Of a stretch of DNA of 64,000 nucleotides, positions 34,301 through 47,506 are shown one piece after another (the first letter of the stretch is position 1; each line of letters opens with the position of its first letter). The stretch is from the human T2T-CHM13v2.0 reference genome, Homo sapiens, in the NCBI RefSeq assembly GCF_009914755.1, contig NC_060937.1; one strand, 5' to 3'. The notes below the pieces were generated by a model. The model saw only the letters and a program-made list of their open reading frames with translations. It did not search any database and had not been told where the DNA came from. Made by a program: the position numbers and the translations under genes.

Positions 34301-35967
34301 AAATTTTATGTAATCTTAATTTGAATTAAAATATGGGCACTTGGGAAGGTATAAATAATAACTTATTACTGTAAACTCCTTAGTACTAACATTATATTTT
34401 GCTCATAAGTGGAGATATCAAATGAGCTAATTTGATTATGAATTTTTTGCCACATACAAAAAGGATACACTCAAACTTTTTGAGACGTACACTTGTAAAA
34501 TATTTGTCTCATGCATATACAGCTTAAGAGTTACTTATAGCATCAGTCAGTGGTTGTATTTTCATTATCTCTAGTAAAACATTGAGTTTACCTCTTTTTT
34601 TTAGTAATACTCCCAACCAAAGTGATTATGTAATTTTTGAAGATAGATAGGTCTTTCAAATTTGCCTCTGCTTGTGTTCTCAATGTCACGTTTAGTTCTT
34701 CTTTTGCTTTTGGGAGAATCCATTTATTCTTTCTGTCCAAAACTAATTAGACAAAACACATGAGTAAAGGTGTGAGGTTCTATGGACTTGAAATCACAAT
34801 AGCCTTTTACAAAATACTGAGAGCACTGTTTGCAAATTGCAATTTTGTTATTGTGTCAATTTTTTGCCATTCCTTTTGAACAAAGCATTAATGAAGCATT
34901 TGTTTATATTTTTCTTATGATGGAATGATGGTATTTGTAAAAAACTATAAATGGTCTTGTTGCATAGGGTTTTTTATAAGTTCATTTTAAAAATTGGTTT
35001 CTGAGAAATTAATGCAATTTCATGTTTTTCCAATTTTACTTCAATTTATTATATATTTAAAAACTCATACACAAAATGTATGCGAATAATTCTTTATATC
35101 AAAGCCTTATTGTCTAAATTTACATGAGTTTAATTATGATCCTTTGGCCTTTTACTTGTTTTTTCTTTGTCAGAATTCAAATCTTTGAGTAGTCAACAGG
35201 TGATAAATGTCCCATTAATCTTTCTGACTCCCTAGAACCTGAGCATGAGAATTGCTGATCAGTTACACCAATTGTCTCGTAAATGAGCTTCTCACATCTG
35301 CCTCTTATTTCATTAGTTAACTGTCTGCCCAAATATCTGATAAGATGGAATACTAGTACCTTTTTACAGCTTGTTCTGTCGGTCTGTACAATAAGGAGAT
35401 AGGGTCGTTAGCAAAATGGGCACAAAAGAGTATTTATCCACTACCTACAATAAATATGCATGCTAGTGTCTAGAAGGCATTTGAGACTGTTTATTGAAAT
35501 CACCTCAAGAAACAAAAATAACTGGTTTCACTTCGATTTTCCATTTAGCAACAAATAATGTTAAGACCATGGCCTGCCTTACTGTATGATGCTTTTACTA
35601 ATTACATTTATCATCAAAAGAAGAAAAATGATAGTATTTCTAAAAACTATGAATGTTCTTGTTACACAGAAGTTATTTTTGAAAGAGGAAAAATCTATTT
35701 ATTAAATTAATTTTAAAAACAGTGAAAAACTTTAGAAAATATTTTTAAATTACCAAACATCATAATTAACGTACTCTCAACAGTGTTTTTAATACTTGAT
35801 TACCTCATTCTCTATGTTGGCACTTCGAAAAACTACCAATTAAGATCTGCTTTCTTATATACATCGTTATACAGCAGTCATACTTTTAATTGGAAAAAAT
35901 CTTGATAACTTCATCAATACATATAAGAATTAATGTTTAAACTGTTTATAGGAAATATACGTTCTTA

Positions 35968-36106
35968 ACCTGTAGAATGGGAATAATAATACTATGTCAC
36001 AGAGTATAATGATAATTAAATGAGACCATGCACGTAAGGCACTGTGCCAGTGTGTTAAATATTGCCCAGCACATGCTAAGTGATCAATGAGTAGTAGCCA
36101 TTATTA
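35968..36106 (+). mobile_element. MIR 3' part
   Basis: ctgtagaatgggaataataata...attaaatgaga...gtagccattatta. Confidence 0.7.
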
Positions 36107-36497
36107 CATAGACATTATTGCAATCAGGTTTTTTTCTTCTGCTATCTATTTGGGGAGATTGGAGTATAACGGTGAAATATTTTATAAGCATTGCTTGATG
36201 TGTTAATCATACATTTTTTATTATTTTTAAAATTATTTAATAACTGATAAGCTATTGAAATTACCTATTTGTAAATTAATTTTGTCTTTTGGAACAAAAT
36301 TTAGGCAGAACTTCAGTGATTATTGTTCTTTGCTCCAAGGAAACAACCATATAATAAATGTCATTGGCGTAATAGCAGCTATACCTAGCTCATCAATTTT
36401 AATAACCTTCCCCACCTTGTTTAAATGTAAGAAATGCCTCAACCAAATAAACAACCAAAGCATGAAGTCAGTTTTCGAGTATTTTCACATCATCTTG

Positions 36498-36544
36498 TGA
36501 CAAACCCACAGCCAATATCATACTGAATGGGCAAAAACTGGAAG
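36498..36544 (+). mobile_element. 47-nt internal L1PA ORF2 fragment with no tail or TSD
   Basis: tgacaaacccacagccaatatcatactgaatgggcaaaaactggaag; 3 mismatches to 20728-20774 of the L1PA in this window. Confidence 0.85.
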
Positions 36545-36730
36545 TGTATCTAAATAGTTTTAAATTATTGCTAAAAATGTATGCTAGGTGAACATTTTCA
36601 TTCAGTTTACCTTAGGAATTCTATTTAAAAGAAAGTTTTTTTTATAAATTAAAATTATATAATGAATTAACTCAGAATGATAATTTCTGCCATTGTAATT
36701 TCATTTTGTTTTAACCTTTCTTTGTTGTAG

Positions 36731-36792
36731 GCCTTGTTTGTATGAAGTCCAGCACATCTGTGGTTGAGCTTGTTATGCTGCTTTGTTCTCAG
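36731..36792 (+). CDS. NBEA: Neurobeachin internal coding exon (62 nt, phase 1 to 0): (G)LVCMKSSTSVVELVMLLCSQ
   Basis: Acceptor ctttctttgttgtAG, donor CAG/GTacaa. Peptide recognised from the NBEA/LRBA family; SSTS is the NBEA form as I recall it (LRBA has SSSS). Confidence 0.93.
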
Positions 36793-39700
36793 GTACAAAA
36801 TCCCATTCACTCAGTTACATTAATATATGAGGGTTTTTTGTGACTAATAATAAAAAGTATGTGCATATATATGTGTATGTTTATATATTTTTAAAATTTC
36901 CATCTATTATCCCATAGATGGAGAAAATAATTTATGTTGAGTTTTATTAGTATATAGATTATCTTACCATGTAAATATTGACTTATTCTCCCTCTCCCTT
37001 CTTCTACTCTTTTTAGCAGTATTATTCTCCTACCCTTTCGATTCTTCCATTGTTTCCTATCATATATATGTATATAAAATACGATATATAAAATATCTTA
37101 ATTTATAATTTTTAAATGTATTATTAATTATCTTGTATCTTCTTCTCTTATATTTGAGATAATGAAAAGTAAGTTTTTAAATTCCATACCCAAAGTGTAT
37201 GATACAGCTTATTAATGAATGGTCTTTGATATAAGACCTTGCTGCTTTCTCTTTTTTAAATGTAATTTGTATATGTCAGTGTAAATTCTAAAAATCTACT
37301 TGAGCTGTTTGTCTTTAATAATCAGAATCAAAGATAAATGATAATTGTTGGGTATTGTTTCTTCTTAACAATTACAGGGCAACCAAAAATAAATGTAAAC
37401 ATATTTTCTGATTACTTAAATAGGAACCTATTGGTTTTTCTTCTCACCAGCTCTGTCAAGTCTCCTAGCAGTCCTGATTATCCTGATTATCATATTAGTG
37501 TTAAATATTTTTTAATATCAGAAGGAAAAAAGAGCTTGTGTGTGTTTGTAATAAGCAGTTATTATCTTTATTCGTAGTTTCCTCAGTAGAAAGAAACATA
37601 TATCTAAGCTATTCCTAATTACTGGCCTGAGGTTTGCCTAAAGCCACAGCTAACTCGCAGACAAACAACAATATGCTTTCAAGTGATCCTCTAAAACATC
37701 AGCAAAACTGAACAAAACAAATGAAAAACTTACCAATTGATTTCAGTTTTCAGGTTTATTTTCTTCAAGAATATATTCCTAGGAAAATCATTAGGCCCAT
37801 TTTCCTCTTTATAGCCAGGAACAATATTGATAAGGAAGAGGTTAAAGAAAACAACATCCCTGTGAGGAGGTCGTCTGCAGGGCATTTGAAAATTTTGTCA
37901 CCTACTGTTGAAGTCCTGAGTTCGAGAGACTATCTGGACCTTTTCGATTCATGATGATGCACAGTTCTGTAAAATGCGTTTATGGAAAAATAGCTTAGAA
38001 TTCCTTCTTCCATAGCCCTGTGTTTCACTGCAGTTCAGAGAAATAAAGAGGAATGTAGCATTAAGATCTAGTGTCTTTGATGGCCTCATCATCTAATCAT
38101 AGGTTTAACATTACTCATTTGCTGGCTCCAGGAATTCCTGCCATTAAGGGCCCTAGAGATGAAACTTTGCCTCAGATATTGATTGAAAGGAAGAGTGAGA
38201 AATTTAAGCTCTCTATGCAGTGCACTTTCTTTCAGTGTTTCAGCAAAGCAATGTTGTAAACACACCTCTCGATTTGATTTTTAAGTTGAATTTTTAAAAT
38301 AATTCAGTGTTTTTAAATATTTTAAGTGTTTAATTGATTAAATGCACCTCATTTAAGTAACTTAAGAATATATGCTTATTCTTTAAAATAGCTCCCAATT
38401 GTTTTTGTTATTTTCTGTTTAACTGAAATAATGCTTTCGACTAAATATTTTTAATGAAACAAATAATCCTCCTTTATTCTTATTCAGGGGGGATAAGTTT
38501 ACCATTTTACTGTGAAATTAAGCTTCTAGAACTATCTTTGTAGATCATTAATTGCTCCATGAATGTTTAAAATCATGTCTTTAGTTGTAAGGACACACAT
38601 ACCAAAAAATGGACATGTCTTCAACGTTTCTTAAAATAATGTGCCATTTTTCTATACTACTTAAATTTGAGATGATTTATATCCTATTTTCATCCATTAA
38701 CAGGGCAACATAGCAGTAACATACCTCTGAAAAGAGAAATAAATACAGTTAATGATGCTGTGGAGATTGCTTGGCATAGCTCTCTCCAAAGCAGTGTTCT
38801 TCTACAGCCTTTAATGCATCTCTTGTAGAATGAAGCACAGTCCCTGTAGAATTAGTACAGTTCTGTAGGCCGTCTTTGTGCCAAGGCAGTAGGTAATCCT
38901 GATGAATCTTGAAAGCTGCAGAGTTCTGAGTTCTTTTTGTTTTGCTCTACAGACAGCCCTTTGTAAGTCTTGATAGCTCCATGTTACTGTCATGACCAGT
39001 ATTAATACTAATAAAAATAGTTGAAAATCTGAATGAGTAACTTTAAGTTACTATCTTGATATACTATGTGTATATTTTTCCACAGTGAGAAATCCAACTA
39101 AGATATTATTCATATTGTAATTTAATGCTGGTTAGAATAAGTTGGAATTCTGCAAATGGAATTTTTAATGTATTTATTTGCATAAAATATGCTTTTCTTT
39201 TTCCAAATTTAGACAAGCCATTGAAAGATAAAAATTTTTTGAGAGACCGGGCAGATAAGTATTAAAAAGGGAAAAGAAAATGCAATATTGTGTTTTTTAT
39301 AGGATTTTGTTTTTCTTTGCTACAACACATTAGATGGCTTTTATTTTTATGCTTCTCATTTTCATTTTGGAAATTTCCTGTTAGCAACTACATATTATTA
39401 AGGATATTAGCTTTTCTTTCTTATCTGAGCTCCTGAATAAACTTACTATTCCTAATAGTTTGTGCCCAAAATATGGTCTAAATTTACGTGAGATCATATT
39501 ACAAGTGTCTGAAGGTACTTGTCAAGGATAATTCAGTTCATATGGGCAAACTTTTAAACTCCAAAGGCTATATCATCCAGTCTACCCCCCAATGTAATTT
39601 TTCATCTTTGTGGAAAACATATTTAAGTCTTAAGAAGAAGCTGTTAATATTATCATTCTGATATATTTATCATTCCACAAATACCCAAAACATTTTTGAC

Positions 39701-41297
39701 TGTATTCTGGATTTTTTTCTGATATAGATCTTATGATACAAGTATATTTATTCTTCTTCACTTTTATTTTGTATTAAAGTTGTTAGTAGCATTTTAAAAA
39801 TTGGTTTCATATCATTTTGAAGTGAAATGAACTAAAGTAAAAAAATTAATATCAAATCAGTGCTTAATTAGGGAGTACAAGGTTTTCTACAGATTCTTCA
39901 GTATATCACAGGTCTGATACTATCTTCTATCATAGCTTTTTAAAAAAGTTTTATAATTAGATATGATTGAAGTGCTTATTCTCTATTTGTGCTTATTGGT
40001 TTATTACATTATTTTTACTGTATTGTGCTCTTTGATGAATAGCAGATTTAGTTTTCAAGTAAACTTCTTTAGGTGCTATAATAGTTCCTAATTACTTCCA
40101 GATTTTTTAAGGAAGTCTCCATAAGATATACTCCAGGAAAAGTGGACTGATGTTATCCCATAGCATTTCTGTAAGTTTTTATAAGTAAAGCTTAGCAGAT
40201 GGCACTTGCATTTTTCTGTGCCTTATCTGTCAATAGAAAACATTTTATAAATTGAGAAACTGTACATTTAAAAAATTCTTAGTATTTAAATGCTTTCTGA
40301 CTGGAGGCAATGATTAAGCAAATGCATGCTTAGTAAGTCATTTCTACTCTTACTGAAAAGCTAAAGATGTATAAGTAATATAAAGTAAGAGGCCTGCAAG
40401 TCTTAGTTAGGCATCTGTGTATGAAGTCACTAACATGAATTATTTTGTGGTTTGTTTGAATTTACTTTTTTCTAAATACCTCATATACTTAAATAAAAAG
40501 AATTTTAGTGACTTCATTGATGTGATCAAAGCATTAACCCAGGACTTCTAAAGACAACACTTGTAAAAGAACCACAACTAAAGAACAATCTTTTTTTTTT
40601 TTAATGATTTGGCCTTTGAACATTTACGTTTTTCATTTTTCCTCCAGTGTGATACAGTTGAGTCAAATAGTACAAAAGAAAAAAATATACTTTTCTTCTG
40701 AGGCTGAGTTACAAAGACATAGGTAAGAGAACATAGAGGCCTATTAAAAAATATTCATTGTAAGTACTCAGTAGTGAAAGGATTTTTGGTGTGTATAGTA
40801 AGAAGATTTCAAATATAAGGAAACCAGGGATGGAGTAGATGTTTTTTCCCCGTTGTCTTTGGAAATATCATGAAATCCTAATTATCATGATGAAGTTATG
40901 TCACATTTAATTTGGTAGTTATTTAGTGACTACATTTTTTAAACATTTTAATGGTTACTAAAGACTTACACATTGTTCCATTTCTCATGTTTAGTGTTAT
41001 CTATGAAACTTGCCAGTTTTGCTGCTGAATTTGAATTCAATTAAGAACAATAAAAAATTATGACCTGATACTTAAAACTGAATATAAATGAGCAGTTACC
41101 TTTGTATGGTTCAGTAAATGGGTCCTATGTACCAACAATAAGATTGTCATGGAAAAGTTTATTGAGGTGAACTAAAAATGAGCCCTGACGATGCAAGGTA
41201 TCCTATTCAGCATAAGCAGCGGAGAATTGGGCTGAAGAAACAGCCTGAGCCCTGTTTCTTCAGAAACCTGAGGTCTGGAGAGGAATGAGTCTGTTCA

Positions 41298-41418
41298 ACA
41301 GTGTCTAATCATTTGGCTTCCCTGGGCCACACTGGAAGAAGAATCATCTTGGGCCACACATAACATACACTAACACTAATGACAGCTGATGAACTAAAAA
41401 AAAAAAATTAAAAAAAAT
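41298..41418. mobile_element. MER30 (hAT-Charlie) partial
   Basis: ttggcttccctgggccacactggaagaagaat...cactaacactaatgacagctgatgaactaaaaa. Confidence 0.8.
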
Positions 41419-42450
41419 AGCAGAAATTAAGTGGCCAGGCAATGTATAATATTTATATTTAATATATAAATATAATATTTATAATATAAATAAATATAAT
41501 ATTTATTTGTTTATCTAGGGTATTATCCATTTCCAGGCAATGTGTAATCCAATACCTTCCTCAAGAGTATTTTTAATATAAAATATTGTAGTGTGTTAAT
41601 AGTATAGAATTAAGGCTAGTAAGAAATGTCTAACTTTTAAACAGTATTGGATAGTTCATGATCATTGACTATAGATTCTGTTTTTAGAAGAGCCACTTTT
41701 TCATTTTCTAATATCTAAGAAATCCCTGCCTTTTTCTCTAGACGGTGGGTGACCCCACCTCTTATCTGTGATATAATGTCATTTCCAAGTTAAAGGGGTC
41801 AAATTTGGGCATTTAATTTTTTTGGAGTGTCTATGTTATATAATCTTTATTGCCATAAAAGTTTGTAATATGTCCTAAAGTATAAATAAAAGTTAAACAG
41901 GAAGGTGAAAATACAGTGAGGCATAAAGATTATAGTCACCTCAGATAACAATATTTAAAATTATTAGAGAATATGGAGAAAGTTATGTACTGAAAATGTA
42001 GACATTTTAAAGGAAAAAGAGTATCAGTAGAAAATAATTGGGAAATCTGTATTTAATATATCTTGGGGAGAATCAGTACAGAACAGATTGCAACAGGAAG
42101 ACGGGCTCTCTGTTATATGTTCAATTACTTACAGCATTCCTGGATGAAAATTTAATCAAAGATTTAAAGAGCATATAATTCAAATTACTTTTGATTAGTT
42201 CTATGAGATATTTTATTGTTGAATTCTTTTTTTAAAACTCTTAGAGAAGTTAGCAGGTATAAGAAATTTTGAGTCAGTCTCTTTTATGTTATAAAATATT
42301 TTTTCTAAGCTACCTGTGATACATACAATACTCACACATCACATAACACTTATATATAACAACTTAGCACATATCCACCTCAAATTATAGAGGTAATAGT
42401 TTATGAATAAACAAAAAGTTCTGACCTCATCTGTTAGAAATTATAAACTA

Positions 42451-42766
<316 letters not shown>

Positions 42767-43279
42767 TTATGTCTAACTTCTCATAATTCTAATAAAATTG
42801 AGGGAAAAAAGAAATCAATAACCCTAGGCCATCTGCAGGATCATTTTTAAGAGTGTTTAATGTCTGTGACAGAAGAGAAGGAATGTAGAATATTCTGAAT
42901 CCCTGAATCCCTGACACTAAGCCCACCTCCCTGACCTAAAATTTCTTTCCATACTTTGTCTCAAAATTCACATTTCCCTTTCTCCCAGTATTTTGGTTTA
43001 TTTTTCTTTAATCTTTATTTTCCTGTGTCTACATTGTATAAGTTTTTCAGACAAATTACAACAACTTTGAAAAATAGTGAAAACTATATATATATATATT
43101 TCACACTTTTACTTCTAGTATACATTCTCTTTTTTGGTGGTAAATTTTCTTCATTTTTGTCACACATATTTCAATATGCTTTATTTTTATTAGCTATCAT
43201 ATAATAAGTAGTTTTCTGTATCCTCTTTTTTGTTACATTGTACATTTCCTCATGATCATTTTTTCTGTGGTTTCGTTGT

Positions 43280-43530
43280 TTAAATAATTAGAGACTCACA
43301 GGAAGTTGCAAAAATAGTACACAGAGTCCCATGTACCCTTCCCTCAGCTTCCTCCAATAGTAACATCTTACATATAACTGTAGTAGAGTATAAAAACCAG
43401 GAAATTGATATTAATGTAGTACTGCCAACTAGATGATAGACATTATTCAGCATTCTCTCTTTTTTACATGTGTTCATTTGTATGTATATGTAACTCAATA
43501 CAATTTTATTCCAAGTATTAATGAAACCAA
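43280..43530 (-). mobile_element. L1MC-type 3' end fragment
   Basis: cacaggaagttgcaaaaatagtacacagagtcccatgtacccttc...aaaaccaggaaattga. Confidence 0.65.
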
Positions 43531-44284
43531 CATGGTTGTTCCTGTACCTCATATCTTCCCAATTATTTCAAACTCTTTTATTTCACGAAGCCTTTCTGTA
43601 TTATTATTGTTATAAGGTTCTAATCTCTCCATCATTCCCTTAGCATCTGAGTGCATAAATCTAGATGATAAATATAGGTATCTGTTTATATGTTTTAATT
43701 GGATGCTCTTATATGTGATTAAGGTATGATTTTCTTTATCTACCACATTTCAGGTTCCATTAGAATAAGCTGCATTTCTAGTATTTCCTTTCTTTTTGAA
43801 GAATTCTATTCTGCCAATGGAGAAAATAAGTATTGTATAGTCTCAATATATTAACATTTATGAAGAGCATTTAAAATCATACATTGTTTATTTACAACAA
43901 TCCAGAAGAAAAGACTACTTAAGGATGACACAGAACTTTGCAGTTTCGTGAAGTCACTTTATGGATGTTATTCATTTCAATTATGCTACAAATTTACACC
44001 ATACTAAAGATCACTTTATTTTTCTATTGCCTTCTGTTGTGCTTACCACTATGTCTTCCACTCCTAGTATAAATATCCAGCATATAGTATAGGTAGTTAT
44101 TAATGACATTTTGAGTTATTTTATAAATAAAAAGGAATATATATTAGCTAAGGTGATTTGTTATTTATTTTTATTGTGATAAAATACATAAAATGTAAAA
44201 TGTGCCATTTTTACCATTTTAAGTATACAGTTCAGTGGCATTAATTAAATTCACAATGTTATGTAACCATCAACACTACAATGA

Positions 44285-44495
44285 GAAGGTTAGGGAGGCC
44301 AGTCCCCCTACACAGTCAAAAATATGCATATAACTTTTTACTCCCCCAAAACTTAACTACTAATAGCTCAGTACTAGTGACCAGAGCCTTACCAATAACA
44401 TAAGCCATCAGTTAACACGTTTTCTATGTTATATGTATTATGCATTCTAATCTTACAGTAAAATAAGCTAGAGAAAAGAAAATGTTATTAAAAAT
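44285..44495. mobile_element. Tigger2-family fragment
   Basis: Aligns by eye with 13165-13360 (ctcccccaaaacttaactact; aagctagagaaaagaaaatgttatta). Confidence 0.8.
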
Positions 44496-44512
44496 ATATA
44501 TAGATACATAGC

Positions 44513-44514
<2 letters not shown>

Positions 44515-44580
<66 letters not shown>
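44515..44580. repeat. Compound (GT)n(AT)n microsatellite
   Basis: Direct reading of the sequence. Confidence 0.95.
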
Positions 44581-46445
44581 GTATATGCTTCTTTTTTTAA
44601 TTTTAATGTAGTCCAAAAGTACAAGAAGCTGTTTCAGAGGTCAAGAATATAGTAGGTCTTCAAACAAATGGCAGCTAATTATGTGTCAGAGATTCTTGTA
44701 CTTAGTTAAAAATGATGATCTCTAAATTTCTCTACAGCACTAATGTTCTTATACTGGCTTCCACAACTATTGCTGCATGATCATTTGTGAATAAAATATG
44801 AAATATTTAATATAACTTAGTACCTATTTCTAAATCTTAAACTACACATTTGAATGTGAGAAACTTTTTAACAACTCAAACCTAATAAACATGAGTGTTG
44901 TATATACTCATAGAATATGCTCTCTTTAAAAATATCTTGTAAAACAGTCTAGACTTTTTTATTACAAACACAAATACAAATACATACACTCATTTTATAA
45001 TAATAAGATGTGTCCAATTTGAAACATAATTTAGTGATCACCTAAAGTCCTGGAAGCCTGCTTATGTTTATATGATACGCCAACTTTTCCTTGAGTAACC
45101 AACTAAATATATTTCAGTATTTCCTAATTTTTTTTATGGTTGACTATTATATCGGTAATCTTCTCTTTGAATTGATCATTCATTATTCATTTCTTACATT
45201 CAGTTTTTCCTATAATACTTTTAGTAAGATCTTCATAAAAATAAGAAATGAAAATGAAATAAATGGTACTTTAAATACTTCACATATATATTTTCAGTAA
45301 TTATGTATGTTTTATATGCATTGAAAAAAATTCTCGTCTCTATTTTCACCCTACAGAGTGTTTTTTTCACTTCACTCCTTATACTTACTGACTTCAACTT
45401 ACAGCACAGAATTTCTAAACATGCCAGTTATAATGAACATTCACTTTGAAAATTTTAAGAAACACACCTATGTATTTTAGTGACAGATAATGATAAATAG
45501 ATATTAAAGATATCAGAAATATAAAATCAATTCTGGAATTCTTGAAGACTTAAGATATCAATTTACTCTACCATTTTTCCTTGTAATTTTTTTATATATT
45601 CAAAACTTTTATGATGGATTGAATCTCTAAGGACGGTTTATTTAATTGTATACAAAGAAGAGGGAATGAAAAATGTACATTGAGTTGACATAGATGGGGA
45701 GAAACTGATGGGAAGCATTATATTTTGGATCTGAGATTTCTTCGACTAGTCCATCTAACTACCATAAAGCGATTGTGAAGAGAACATAGGGATTTTATCG
45801 TCATCCTTCTGGAACTTATTTGTCTTCAAAGTGTTTAGTTTCAAAGGGTCCTTAACATGAGATCCAGTTCCCTGAAAAAGTCCTTCATCTTGAGGAAATT
45901 TTATGCATCCATGTTGAAGAGTTAAAAAATTGTGACAAAACTATCTAAAGACTTGGCAGCTCTCTGCAGGCATTCAAACCCAAAGTTAAGTATTGTCCCC
46001 ATGAAAATAAAAGGTTGTTCATTTATTTTTTCAGCAGAAAAGTGCATATATGTCTATGTAGGTGTGTTTTCTCAAATGGCAAAAAATTCTGGAATAATTT
46101 GTAAGATAAGACTTTAAAATATACCTTTTTCCTGTCATTGCCAAGAGCTTGTTGTTGATGAAATGACAGTAAATTATTCTTATCCCTTTGCATGTGTTTT
46201 CATGTATCTGTGTGCCTTGTTTTAAGCAAATTCTCTAAGTTTATGTATTTGTCAGAGAGAATTGTTAGAGTGCTAGGACAGGGACTAAAGTTGTCTTCCA
46301 TGTCCACCTCTATCCCATTTTTTAACTTTCAAGGTAGCTTATATCTCAGCATCCACAACAAACAAATACCGTTTCTCCTCTATGCTATGTACTTTTCTTG
46401 TCACAAAGTTTTGTTTATCTCTCCTTTCAATATTTTATCCAATTA

Positions 46446-46724
<279 letters not shown>

Positions 46725-46955
46725 TCATTGCCTACCCAAGTTTGTTACAAAAATTCAGAACCGTGTGTATCTCATTTACTTCACACACACTGTAAATAAA
46801 ATACTACAAATATAAATAATTCCATTTCAGAGGCAATGTTTCATGATTAATAAAAGTAACATTAACTGATGAGAAGATGATGTAGGATTTATCCCATTTC
46901 CTATTTTCAGAGTTTTAAAACTATTTCGTTTACATGCTTTAAGATTTGTTTCATT

Positions 46956-47114
46956 GCTATCATAAATTCTTAGACCTTACTCCTATGGAAAAGGGCGATA
47001 GAAATAGAAATTTTTAGACCTGACTCCTATGGAAAGGGGCAATAAGAAGCATAAATTCTTGTCATAGGTATTGCACTTTTCCATAGGAGTCAGGCCTAAA
47101 AATTCATCGGTAGC
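46956..47114. repeat. Imperfect inverted repeat (~45-bp arms) with a tandem second copy of the left arm
   Basis: 46956-47000 and 47008-47044 each match the reverse complement of 47069-47114. Confidence 0.85.
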
Positions 47115-47506
47115 TTAGGATAACCAATGGAGAAGATGCCCTTTGTTACACTTTTCCTATAGGATACATTTTTCTTCTCATTCCGTTTTTTTCTTTATAC
47201 TTATGCATTTTTGTTTGCCACCCAATACTGTGTACTGTTGTCTACCTAGGATGTAAAGGGATTGGACTTCTCAACTAAATATGGTAAAAAAAAAATTATC
47301 TTTGCCACTTTTACAACTGTCATTCACAAATTATTAAACATGCTTTAAAAACCACATGCAATCCTAACATTTTCTGAGGAGGAAAATATACTTTATCTTG
47401 TGAAGAATATTTTATAGTCCCTTTTCTGTCTCTCATTTAGTAGGTGAAAAAAATAAACTTCTGTTTTCTTCATTGACCACAACAATGAGAGTCCACAATA
47501 TGTTTT

